Origin: a virus
Taxonomy: Duplodnaviria; Caudoviricetes
DNA: 64,000 nucleotides
IMG/VR virus record: IMGVR_UViG_3300011977_000007
Location: 1 to 64,000 of that record
Strand: one strand, 5' to 3'
Part shown: positions 8,901 through 17,779 of the stretch, piece by piece
How the letters are laid out: every line of letters starts with the position of its first letter
Numbering within the stretch: position 1 is the stretch's first letter
Notes under the pieces: generated by a model
Database searches by the model: none
The model's input: only the letters and a program-made list of their open reading frames with translations
Told to the model about the DNA's origin: nothing
Program-made: the position numbers and the translations under genes

Positions 8901-10759
8901 AAGTTGGAAATCTGCACCATTTTTCATATTGTTCTACCATACAAATAGTTTTAGAAAAATTATTAAAATCCATCCATTCATTACATACGGTTACTCCAAT
9001 GCCACCATAAAATTTATAATTACTGGCATTTTTATTAGTGCATCGTTTAATCATTTCTCTCCATACATTATATTTATATCTATTTATTTTTTCAGCCCTA
9101 TCATAATTGCTTAGAATATTAGTATCTATTGGAGTAGTATGATTAGCTAATTTATCGCAGATATCTCCATTTTTTGCATGGAATAATTCAACAATATCTT
9201 CAAATCCTGTACTAATAAATTTTATTTTAGCCTTAGTACCAACTCCAGTTTTTCCATTGTAAACTTCTAATATTTTATATGCTCCGTAATTATCAGAGTA
9301 ATATATTTTATTGAAATTTATACCATAGTATGGATCTCGTACTCTCCCATGTAATGCTCTACTTAATCTAGTTACAGTGCATCCATTGGAAATTAAAAAT
9401 ACTATTTTAACTAATACACAACCGTTATTATCATATCCCATATTTTCTTTAATTATATACGGGCCATATTTTGAATCAAATTGCTTATTTATATATTCTT
9501 CTTCTTTTATTTTCATTTTTTGCCATTACGAATTTTATAATATTATAGCTTAGCTGCTGATTATACATTATATAATACCTTAGGACTTATATATTAAATA
9601 TATAAGCTTTTATTTCACCATAGTACATCTCTCTACTTGTTTCTGAATTTCTTCACCTTATAGGCTAGAGAGCTTTAGCATTTTCCAGCAATTCAAAAGA
9701 TTATTCGACACTTTATTACTAAAGTGAAGCGGCAATCGTAAAAACGTTACCGGTAAATAAGGGTTTGATATGAAAACACGAAACTACTGCACGTAGTCCT
9801 GTTCTAATATCTTGAGCATTTACTGTAAGCTTTTTATTATTAACTAAGTAAATCTTATTCATATAATCCCTAAAGAATTTAATTAATCCATCTGTAAAAC
9901 CATCAATATGAGTTCCTTTATTAGATGGACACATATTTGCAAATCCTAAGATTTCAGGATCATCCATTGCTGCTACATCATATGAAAATAGAATATCTAC
10001 TTTCATTGTACCATTATCATGCATAAAATGAATTGGTTGCATGAGATTATTCTTACAAATACCATTTAAAATTCCATATAATCCATCTTTATTTTCAATA
10101 ATGGATTTATGTTTTTGACCCATTTTATCAATAGCATTGAATGTAACCCTAGTACCAATTTTACATAAATGAACAATGCACCATGTAAGATATTCAAGAT
10201 CCTGCCATTCCACGGTAATATCTCCGACCATATCAGATGGTGCAAATGTAGTTATTAATCCGTGTTTTTTACTGTTCTTATTTGTTTTTATAGGAGTTAA
10301 ATGTTTTGATACAACTCCTTCTACAAACTCAACTCTTGCTGCAGTACCATCCATACGATATGATTCTACATTAAAGAATTTTGATAAGAAGTTTGTAATT
10401 GTAGATCCCATACCATTCTTACCAGAAGAATATTCACCAGAACCTTCCTTCTTATCATAGTTTGTTGATGAATGCAATACAGAGAATACCCTTTCCAAAT
10501 CTGGTAAATTAATTCCCTGACCAAAATCTTCAATAATGAACGTATAATTTCTAGTATCTACTGAAACTATAATATTCATATCTAAGGTATTTCCTTTAAT
10601 AATTTCATCTAGGGAGTTCTGAATAATTTCCCTATACATATTAATTAATCCACGGTTACCGAGAGCTCCAATATATACATCTGGTAACTTTCTGACCGCT
10701 TCTAACTCACTCGTTAGATATTGCATTTCTTTTTGTTTATGAATTTTTTGCTCTGCCAT
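5790..10759 (-). CDS. gyrB: DNA gyrase subunit B, spliced from five exons: 10759-9749, 8282-7959, 7553-7536, 7140-6358, 5963-5790 (769 aa)
   Basis: Joined exons restore PLFTG|QSKE, EGDSA...RDKQTQG|IMPIRG|KFSNA, TDADADGDHI and RYKGLG|EMP; N-terminal GHKL motifs EIIQNSLDE, DFGQGI, GKNGMGS. Confidence 0.93.
5964..6357 (-). ncRNA. Group I intron 4 of gyrB, 394 nt, ORF-less
   Basis: Exon ends GGU, intron ends G; core AAUUGCUGGGA, AUCAGCA, GUUCAACGACUA, GAUAUAGUCU; P1 GGU/GCC. Confidence 0.9.
6358..7140 (-). CDS. gyrB: gyrB exon 4 (TOPRIM plus insertion)
   Basis: KFSNA...TDADADGDHI...PPLFG...RYKGLG. Confidence 0.92.
7141..7535 (-). ncRNA. Group I intron 3 of gyrB, 395 nt, ORF-less
   Basis: Same core motifs as sibling introns; GGU 5' site, terminal G. 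Confidence 0.9.
7536..7553 (-). CDS. gyrB: gyrB exon 3, 18-nt micro-exon IMPIRG
   Basis: ATA ATG CCT ATA CGA GGT between two introns; equivalent to the conserved ILPLRG motif. Confidence 0.9.
7554..7958 (-). ncRNA. Group I intron 2 of gyrB, 405 nt, ORF-less
   Basis: Core motifs; CAUUAU in the P1 loop is complementary to the exon 3 start AUAAUG (P10). Confidence 0.9.
7959..8282 (-). CDS. gyrB: gyrB exon 2
   Basis: QSKEDFS...IVEGDSA...RDKQTQG. Confidence 0.92.
8283..9748 (-). mobile_element. Group I intron 1 of gyrB, 1466 nt, carrying a homing endonuclease in the P6 loop
   Basis: Core motifs split around the ORF; ORF flanked by inverted repeat 8481-8499 / 9528-9547. Confidence 0.9.
8488..9516 (-). 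CDS. Intron-encoded HNH-like homing endonuclease with C-terminal AP2 domain
   Basis: YGGIGVTVCNEW..F..F, LDKD...YSPKTCIF, then SKYFGV...YLGTFDDEIVAA. Confidence 0.8.
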   Translation of the reverse strand: MKIKEEEYINKQFDSKYGPYIIKENMGYDNNGCVLVKIVFLISNGCTVTRLSRALHGRVRDPYYGINFNKIYYSDNYGAYKILEVYNGKTGVGTKAKIKFISTGFEDIVELFHAKNGDICDKLANHTTPIDTNILSNYDRAEKINRYKYNVWREMIKRCTNKNASNYKFYGGIGVTVCNEWMDFNNFSKTICMVEQYEKWCRFPTLYNLDKDYLQLSIPKNMRIYSPKTCIFLYYIDNINLAKIEYKQNYQNNISSKYFGVHQETNSTYSASISVNNTSIYLGTFDDEIVAANVFNHFQEYYHNYELVPLLNKVPYIPPEEFIKHNTNPKLVAKVVERKTNL

Positions 10760-10949
10760 ATCATCACCTCTTTAATTCTTTGGTTAGTTGAGATATAAAA
10801 TATTATAAATTAGCTCATCAATGTTAATTCCTATAGCGAAATAAATACTGCTAATAGCATAACAATTGCAAATTATAGTAATTTTACAATATTTTTAGTA
10901 TTCATACTAACCACTTCTTAAGAAAAAATCATTTAATATAAAGCAACAT

Positions 10950-10983
10950 TTAGGACTAATAGGACAACGCCTATTAGTCCTAA
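10950..10983. terminator. Hairpin/terminator
   Basis: TTAGGACTAATAGG-acaacg-CCTATTAGTCCTAA. Confidence 0.6.
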
Positions 10984-11009
10984 TTTATTGTTTGTAATAA
11001 TTTTTAATC

Positions 11010-11951
11010 TTAAGACAGCTGAACTTCAGTGCTTGATGTTGTTGTTCCATTAGCATTCTCAGTTACTGTTGTATTTCCCTGAGTAGCCTGTTGTGGCTGC
11101 TGAGCTGCTGCTGGAGAATATGTTGGTGCTCCCATTGTAGGAACTCCCGGAGTTGGTGCAATTGGAGCATATGGATTTACATATGGCTGCTGCTGATACA
11201 TATTAGCCTGCATTGGATTTATATTTGTAGCATTCTGAGCTACGGTAGGATTAACTGCTGGCTGATTCATGTATCCCGGCATTACCTGCTGTCCCATATA
11301 TCCAGGCATTGGCTGACCCATGTATCCTGCCTGATATCCTGCTGGCTGCTGAGTCATACCCATTCCATAATATCCCTGAGGTGCTCCATAGCTTGGTGCT
11401 GCTGAATATCCCATTAAGTTATTGTACTGGTTATAAATAGCTGCATCATTAGCTGACTGATAGCCATTTACATTGCAATACTTATTGAACTGCTTCATAG
11501 CATACTCATATAAATCTGGGAACTTCTCAAGTAATGGGATCATAGCAAAGTACTCTCTTGTTAACTGTACTCCATAATCTCCAACCCATTTAGCATTCTG
11601 CATAGCTGCAATGAGTTTATCACATACTTCTTTTACTTCTTCCTTGCTAAGATTTTCAGGGCTCCATCTGTTATTACAGATCGGGCAATATACATCACCT
11701 GAACCGTCCTGAATCTGAACAACACGATCAATCTTATTTTGATCTTTGTGGTTACAGATAGCTCTTAACTTATCTGCTTCTGTAATCGTAATATCAATTT
11801 TTGATGGGTTTACCTGTTTGATAATCTGCATCTCTTCAGCTGTAAGAGATGGATTATTCTGTGGAGTTACCATTCCAGTATTATACATTCCTGGCTGATT
11901 ATACATTGGTGCTCCATAGTAAGCCTGCTGTCCATAATAGTTCATATCCAT
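11010..11951 (-). CDS. Zinc-ribbon protein with Q/Y/G/P/M low-complexity termini
   Basis: CNH...CPIC; YYGQQAYYG, GYMGQ repeats. Confidence 0.75.
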   Translation of the reverse strand: MDMNYYGQQAYYGAPMYNQPGMYNTGMVTPQNNPSLTAEEMQIIKQVNPSKIDITITEADKLRAICNHKDQNKIDRVVQIQDGSGDVYCPICNNRWSPENLSKEEVKEVCDKLIAAMQNAKWVGDYGVQLTREYFAMIPLLEKFPDLYEYAMKQFNKYCNVNGYQSANDAAIYNQYNNLMGYSAAPSYGAPQGYYGMGMTQQPAGYQAGYMGQPMPGYMGQQVMPGYMNQPAVNPTVAQNATNINPMQANMYQQQPYVNPYAPIAPTPGVPTMGAPTYSPAAAQQPQQATQGNTTVTENANGTTTSSTEVQLS

Positions 11952-12127
11952 TTTTTCTTCCTCCTTAATAATAATATTTTAATCAATGGATTATAGCTGC
12001 GAATTAGATTATGCATCTAATTCTTGTTTATAATATACAACTATAATTTATTTTACTAGACCTAAATCTAGTAAATAAATTATAATCATATTTATTACTT
12101 TTTAGTTATTATGGTTATAAATTTATA

Positions 12128-12667
12128 TTAACCATTGTTCTTGTTCTTATCATCGATCTCTCTATTTCGATCTCTGTATCTTGTTGTTTCTTTGAATGAT
12201 TCTGTCATTCTACCATGATAATAATCATCACGAGTATCAAGATCAGAACCAAGAAGTTTATTAGTTTCTTCGTGCGATAATTCATATCTATCAGTATCAA
12301 GAACTTTGTTATAGAAATTCTTAATCATAGCAATTCTATCATCGCTAATATCTTTTCCAGATGCCTTAATTGTAGAAAATAAATCATCAAGATCTTCTAC
12401 TTTAATTAATGCATTTTTAATACATTGAATTGAATCATAATCTACAGCAAACATGGATACTTGTTTTTTATTTGTTGCAAATTTATCAGATTGTATATCG
12501 GCATATGCCATTTCATATAAGATACCATTTGTATCATCCCAGAATGTAAAATGACCAGTCATAGACTCATCAATTACTCTGAAATCATTATCTATTAGAA
12601 CCGCTAGTGGTAAGTTTTTTCCTGCCTTTAGTGCTGTTCTAAGTTTAATAACTTTATCCTTTTCCAT
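12128..12667 (-). CDS. Hypothetical protein
   Basis: 179-aa ORF; AACA-N6-TA motif at 12734-12745 on minus strand. Confidence 0.75.
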   Translation of the reverse strand: MEKDKVIKLRTALKAGKNLPLAVLIDNDFRVIDESMTGHFTFWDDTNGILYEMAYADIQSDKFATNKKQVSMFAVDYDSIQCIKNALIKVEDLDDLFSTIKASGKDISDDRIAMIKNFYNKVLDTDRYELSHEETNKLLGSDLDTRDDYYHGRMTESFKETTRYRDRNREIDDKNKNNG

Positions 12668-12745
12668 AGTAATCTCCTTTCAAATAATATCATGGGTTAC
12701 AATTAAGTAACCCATGCTTATTTTTTTAATGATTACTATATTGTT

Positions 12746-13219
12746 TTATAAATCATAAAATATCCTAGAATCAATTTTGTATAAATTACTAATTGAGGCT
12801 CCAATATCAGCACCGTTAGAAATATCAATGAATATTCTATACGCGATGTTCCATAATGTAGCTTTATTAGTAACTTTACCTAATTCATTAGATACAATTG
12901 ATCTTTCTTCCCAAAGATTAATATTTGGGTATAAAAGCGTACCATTTGATAATGGTACGTTGAAATAATATGTTAATGCATTTCTAATAGTTTCAGCACT
13001 CTTCCATTGCTCATAAGATTCTGTAATGCATGCTGAAATTATTTTGTCATTCTTAAAATATACGTAATCCTGTTCTTCAATATTAGAATTACGCATATCC
13101 CTAACAATACGTTTAACCTGCCTTCTAAGGTCTTCATCACGCATATTTACATAGAAATTAGGGTTATTATTTCTACCCCTTTCCTCTGCAAAATAACTAA
13201 TTCCTCTTCTAGCTGCCAT
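12746..13219 (-). CDS. Hypothetical protein
   Basis: 157-aa ORF with AGGAGG SD. Confidence 0.75.
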   Translation of the reverse strand: MAARRGISYFAEERGRNNNPNFYVNMRDEDLRRQVKRIVRDMRNSNIEEQDYVYFKNDKIISACITESYEQWKSAETIRNALTYYFNVPLSNGTLLYPNINLWEERSIVSNELGKVTNKATLWNIAYRIFIDISNGADIGASISNLYKIDSRIFYDL

Positions 13220-13231
13220 TTTAATTCCTCC

Positions 13232-13381
13232 TTAATTTTCTACATAAACTGCATAACTTTTTGTAGGGCATGATTCTACATGAGCTTCTCCTGCTTTACA
13301 TTCTTCGCAATGAGTGCACTCACCCGCCGTGTCCTTTGCGTTATTGCAACCATAGCATTTACAAGTTTTACAATCCTTCAT
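13232..13381 (-). CDS. 49-aa Cys-rich metal-binding mini-protein
   Basis: Hand-translated MKDCKTCKCYGC...CTHCEEC...SCP; AAGGAGG SD; below ORF-track cutoff. Confidence 0.75.
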   Translation of the reverse strand: MKDCKTCKCYGCNNAKDTAGECTHCEECKAGEAHVESCPTKSYAVYVEN

Positions 13382-13416
13382 TTTTAAATCCTCCTTTAAA
13401 TATTTATTTATAGTGA

Positions 13417-14205
13417 TTAAATATTATCACTTATAAATTTCTTAAGATCTTTTAATTTTTGGTTATTATTAAAAGTATAGCGATAATTTATCACTTGCAA
13501 ATTTTTATTAAGCTTGTAAGTTGTTTTTAAAGCATACATAGATGCAATATCATTTATAGTATCTTTATTTAATTGATCCATAGGTACTGGGTTAATGTCT
13601 GGATCTAATGGAAATAAATTATACTTAAAAATATAAATACCATAATCAGCTAATATATTTTCTACATTTTTTAGTTTAAATTTTGCCCCTTCAAATGATA
13701 TAGCCCATCCTTGATTAACCTCATCATCTTCTTTACAATAAAATTCATATTTATATATTTCTGTACAATGATCCCATTTACCATTAACAGTACTTATGCA
13801 TTTTAATTTAGTATAATCTGGAATTGGTAAATTATTTGGAATATCCTGCCATTCATCTGATTCTGCTTTATCTTCATTATTACCAAAATTCATATCATAA
13901 ATAGCTGCTTGAAAATTATTAATGGTACTATCAAATTTATATGGTTTATTTAAAACCTCCATTAATAAATTAATTTGTTCTTTTGTCATAATATAATTAC
14001 CATTTTCAGCGTATATATATTCTGGCTCGAAAAATGATAATCTACAAAATTTATCCCCAAAATATACTTTCATATATCCATGCGGAAAATTATTTGGTTT
14101 TTTATAATTATATGGTACTGATATATAAAAATCATTTTCATAATCTTCATATATTGTACTAATATCTATAGGTTTTTCACCTAAAATTTTAGAATAATCA
14201 TTCAT
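13417..14205 (-). CDS. Hypothetical protein (LPIPDYTKL family)
   Basis: Shares domain with next gene. Confidence 0.7.
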   Translation of the reverse strand: MNDYSKILGEKPIDISTIYEDYENDFYISVPYNYKKPNNFPHGYMKVYFGDKFCRLSFFEPEYIYAENGNYIMTKEQINLLMEVLNKPYKFDSTINNFQAAIYDMNFGNNEDKAESDEWQDIPNNLPIPDYTKLKCISTVNGKWDHCTEIYKYEFYCKEDDEVNQGWAISFEGAKFKLKNVENILADYGIYIFKYNLFPLDPDINPVPMDQLNKDTINDIASMYALKTTYKLNKNLQVINYRYTFNNNQKLKDLKKFISDNI

Positions 14206-14215
14206 TTTATTTACC

Positions 14216-14620
14216 TCATTTATATTGTAATTTAGTGTAATCTGGAATTGGTAAATTAAGTGGTAATTGATCTTCTTGCTTTACCTTTTTATTATACATA
14301 ATAATCAATGCTTGCCAAGCAGTATTATATTGAATATTTTTATATATTACTGGTTCATTAAGCATTGACATAAGATGCATTTTTTCATTTGAACTAAGTT
14401 TATATAACGGTAATCCTTTATTATGGATTTCATATTCTGCATCATAAAAATGTAATCTAATTAGCTTTGTTGCTGTTCTATAACTATTACTATTATACAG
14501 TTTAAAATAAGCTTTTTTACCATAAGATCTTCCGGGATCTAAATTTACCGACAATAGCATTCCGTAATTTGAATAAATATTTTCTTCATTTATTGGTAAT
14601 AAATTATTTAAAAATATCAT
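14216..14620 (-). CDS. Hypothetical protein (LPIPDYTKL family)
   Basis: AGGAGG SD; early-type motif upstream. Confidence 0.7.
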   Translation of the reverse strand: MIFLNNLLPINEENIYSNYGMLLSVNLDPGRSYGKKAYFKLYNSNSYRTATKLIRLHFYDAEYEIHNKGLPLYKLSSNEKMHLMSMLNEPVIYKNIQYNTAWQALIIMYNKKVKQEDQLPLNLPIPDYTKLQYK

Positions 14621-14667
14621 TATTTATTCCTCCTTTCTATTTATATAATATATAATTATATGCTATT

Positions 14668-15108
14668 TTACTCTCCTAAAGATTTAGTATTTATATTACC
14701 ATTTAGCATATCTTCCATATTTAATCTATCATTGTTTGGAATAAAACTAGTATCAATATCATTATTTTTTAAATATTCTTGCTCATCCCAATCTCCTTTA
14801 ATATAATCTTCAATATCAAATGAATCATTGAAGAATTGTTCTGCATATTTCATAAATGCAACAATAGATTTTCTATTCTCTAATTTTGCAGACTCTACCA
14901 AAACAAATGATCTATCTAAATCAATAAAATCAATAGAATTCTTAATTGTTTCATATAATTCTGTTCTTCCTGTAATAAGTTCCCATGAATCATCTGCTCC
15001 ATCTTTACCAGCAATACAAAGTAAATATACTTTTTCTTCTGGATCTTTTTGTAATATTCTTTGTGGTGGATTTTTCTCCACCACTCTAGCAACCATTTGT
15101 TTTTCCAT
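14668..15108 (-). CDS. Hypothetical protein
   Basis: 146-aa ORF downstream of helicase. Confidence 0.7.
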   Translation of the reverse strand: MEKQMVARVVEKNPPQRILQKDPEEKVYLLCIAGKDGADDSWELITGRTELYETIKNSIDFIDLDRSFVLVESAKLENRKSIVAFMKYAEQFFNDSFDIEDYIKGDWDEQEYLKNNDIDTSFIPNNDRLNMEDMLNGNINTKSLGE

Positions 15109-15120
15109 AATAAATCCCTC

Positions 15121-16326
15121 CTAATAAGATTTTACATATATCAATTGCTGATCTGGTCTTGATGCACCAACAACATTAAGATTTGTTTGTATATCTGGAC
15201 TCATACGTTCTTCGATATAAACAACTCTATGCCATTGGCTACCCTGTGCAACATGATCTGTTATTGCGTATGCATATTCAAACATGTTTCCAACTTCATA
15301 TCTATTATTTTTTATATTTTTTCTGCCTTGATAATCGGAAACCATGTACTTGTAATTACATCTTGTTTGCTCAAACATCATATTCGGTACCAATTGCGGT
15401 ACGAAATTCATTGAGAATAGTTTACCATCAAATGATGATACATCTGGATTACTAGCAACTGTGCCTATTAACCCATTTACAAGATTAAGTTCTCCACCAT
15501 TACTAAATGGTATCCCTTCAATCCAATTATTTTTACGGCATACTACTTTTTCGCCATATTCAGGTAATTTTGAATTATGACCTATAATATTCCTTATTTT
15601 ATAATTTAATTCATCTCTAGTTCTATTTTTACAACAGATTACTTGATCTGCCCATAATAGCATATTATCTGATAAATCACTATAATTAATAACTAATGAA
15701 TTACCGTAATATCCATTAAGTAATGGTAATCCTGCTCTTACTCTATTAGTAAGATATATAATATCATCTCTTCCTGTTTGTCTCATAACTTCTGTTAAAT
15801 GATATATTTTACCTGAAACTAGAAATCCCGGTAAATCACCTACTGGAGGTAACTGCCCTTGGTCTCCACATACCAATATTTTTAACCCAAATTTCTCTAA
15901 TTGCGGTCTCATTGATAATGGCACTGTAAATCCCTCATCTATAACTATAAGTTTAATTGATGGATTTAGTGCTGTTACTGGTATAAATTTTGGTGCTTTA
16001 ATTGGTCTATTGAATAATGTATCCATAATTACATTACCATTTTCATCTAATGCATTTACTTCTTTTACGTTATATAACCATGAATGAATTGTTTTAGCGC
16101 TTAATAAGCCTTTCAATCTCATTACCAGAGATGCAGAACCAATAAAACTCATAGGGGCAATTTCATTCATTATATCTAAACCAAGTCTTTTTATAATTTC
16201 CATAAGTACTACTGATTTACCACTTCCGGGTGGCCCATCATATTGAAATACTTGTTCATGGCTATTATAATACCACTTTACTGCTTCTTCAACTACAAAT
16301 CTTTGCCCTTCATTTAGTTGAAACAT
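15121..16326 (-). CDS. SF1B helicase, Dda/RecD-like
   Basis: GPPGSGKS, VIDE, GDQGQLPPV, LTEVMRQ, AYAITxHxAQGSQW. Confidence 0.9.
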   Translation of the reverse strand: MFQLNEGQRFVVEEAVKWYYNSHEQVFQYDGPPGSGKSVVLMEIIKRLGLDIMNEIAPMSFIGSASLVMRLKGLLSAKTIHSWLYNVKEVNALDENGNVIMDTLFNRPIKAPKFIPVTALNPSIKLIVIDEGFTVPLSMRPQLEKFGLKILVCGDQGQLPPVGDLPGFLVSGKIYHLTEVMRQTGRDDIIYLTNRVRAGLPLLNGYYGNSLVINYSDLSDNMLLWADQVICCKNRTRDELNYKIRNIIGHNSKLPEYGEKVVCRKNNWIEGIPFSNGGELNLVNGLIGTVASNPDVSSFDGKLFSMNFVPQLVPNMMFEQTRCNYKYMVSDYQGRKNIKNNRYEVGNMFEYAYAITDHVAQGSQWHRVVYIEERMSPDIQTNLNVVGASRPDQQLIYVKSY

Positions 16327-16327
16327 A

Positions 16328-16807
16328 TTATTCCTCCACTATATCAAAGATTGAAAAATCATATAAGTGAGAAGTATTATTTAATTTAGTTATTAAATTA
16401 AACATTCTTAACGACTCATTTTTGAAACTATCAGATCTATATTCTAACGTCTTCCCATTACATAAGTATGTGAAAGCACAATACCCATCCCCTCCAGGAT
16501 TTGGTGATTGTAAAATAGATGTGATTTCAATATTATTACGACGCTGATAATCATCGAGAAATCTAGATAATAAGCTTTCCATAATTCTAGTATTCTTTAA
16601 TAAATTAAATTCGATTTCATCTGGACGAATATTAGTATATTCGCTTTCTGGATACTTAAGGAATTTATCATTATACTTTAAGATTTCATTAGTATCCATA
16701 TAATATACTTTATCATCATCGGTTATATCCAATTTTAATTCGCGCATACAAAAATCATTAAATCCGCATTTAATGTCGTATGTTATTAATTCCTTCTTTT
16801 TTGCCAT
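16328..16807 (-). CDS. Hypothetical protein
   Basis: 159-aa ORF abutting helicase. Confidence 0.7.
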   Translation of the reverse strand: MAKKKELITYDIKCGFNDFCMRELKLDITDDDKVYYMDTNEILKYNDKFLKYPESEYTNIRPDEIEFNLLKNTRIMESLLSRFLDDYQRRNNIEITSILQSPNPGGDGYCAFTYLCNGKTLEYRSDSFKNESLRMFNLITKLNNTSHLYDFSIFDIVEE

Positions 16808-16888
16808 AATATATGACCTCCTTATTATTTTATACTTTTATAATATATAATTGTAAGACATTTTAAAACGGTTATATTATATAAGCCG

Positions 16889-16900
16889 AACACTTATATA
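16889..16900 (+). promoter_or_regulatory. Putative late promoter AACA-N6-TA
   Basis: AACActtataTA; motif recurs before at least 13 late-type genes. Confidence 0.65.
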
Positions 16901-16920
16901 ATTATTTTAAAGTTAGGGGA

Positions 16921-17292
16921 ATGGTAATTATGCAAAATTCAGACAATCAATCATATATGGCGCAAGATAATTTGCGATTAGAAATAGCAATATTACAAGA
17001 TGATATAAAATCTCAAGATCCTAAATGTGCAAGATTTAAAATCCCTGCAATTATGACAGGGAATGAAGTAGGGCGCACACATGCTTCGTCTAGTAACTCT
17101 GCTAATATGAATGTATATAGATGCAAATCAAATGTTACATATGATGATACTATTACATTGAAAGTACCATTAGAGTATACTGCATTTTTTGGTAAACGTA
17201 TTGTTCCTAAGGGTACTAAGTTTATTGTAGCCTTTATTGGTGGAGATATAAATAATATTAGAATTGTTGGAAGATATAATGGAGGAATATAA
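16921..17292 (+). CDS. Putative baseplate/spike OB-fold-like protein
   Basis: PKGTKFIVAFIGGDINNIRIVG resembles gp5/gpV OB-fold motif. Confidence 0.4.
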   Translation: MVIMQNSDNQSYMAQDNLRLEIAILQDDIKSQDPKCARFKIPAIMTGNEVGRTHASSSNSANMNVYRCKSNVTYDDTITLKVPLEYTAFFGKRIVPKGTKFIVAFIGGDINNIRIVGRYNGGI

Positions 17293-17293
17293 T

Positions 17294-17749
17294 ATGGGGG
17301 CTACTACATACTTATATGATTATATAAAATCAGAAGATACTTATACTCTAGATCAATATATAGAATGCCAATCTGATGATAATGCTTGCTATAATAATTT
17401 ATCATTTATTGATGAGCATGATGGTATAAGATTTAATACTTATAATGTATTAAGCGATTATATAGATGAGATTAGGGAAAATTATTGTATGACTATTAAA
17501 TTAAATACAGATCAATTATTCAAATATATGTATAAGCCTAAATTATTATGCCATGATATTTATGGTAATGGTGAATTAGCATTTATTATAATGGAAATTA
17601 ACGATATATGTAATATAAAAGAATTTACTAAAGATACGTTACTAATGCCAACTAAAGATAATATGAATTTAATAACGTCGAGAATTTTTAATTCAGATAA
17701 AGATGATATTAAAATTTATAATGAAAAAAATAAAGAGTCTAATACATAA
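17294..17749 (+). CDS. Putative baseplate wedge protein (T4 gp53/LysM-like)
   Basis: KPKLLCHDIYGNGELAFIIMEINDI; GGAGG SD before ATG 17294. Confidence 0.55.
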   Translation: MGATTYLYDYIKSEDTYTLDQYIECQSDDNACYNNLSFIDEHDGIRFNTYNVLSDYIDEIRENYCMTIKLNTDQLFKYMYKPKLLCHDIYGNGELAFIIMEINDICNIKEFTKDTLLMPTKDNMNLITSRIFNSDKDDIKIYNEKNKESNT

Positions 17750-17754
17750 ATTTA

Positions 17755-17779
17755 GCAGGTTAGCGTATTGCTAACCTGC
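17755..17779. terminator. Hairpin between convergent genes
   Basis: GCAGGTTAGC-gtatt-GCTAACCTGC. Confidence 0.6.

Noticed and set aside
5964-9748. Repeated blocks as a CRISPR array or tRNA cluster
   Set aside because: Repeats are ~400-nt intron cores, not repeat-spacer units; I recognised no CRISPR array or tRNA in the window.
5790-10759. gyrB as a fragmented pseudogene or several separate genes
   Set aside because: Gaps carry group I core motifs and removing them restores every conserved motif in frame.
11952-12127. Hairpin-rich intergenic region as an ncRNA
   Set aside because: Adequately explained by a terminator plus the early-type motif; AT-rich palindromes are common here.
8488-15108. 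Similar terminal peptides LVAKVVE (endonuclease) and MVARVVE (14668 gene) as a targeting tag
   Set aside because: Only two short matches; cannot be distinguished from chance here.
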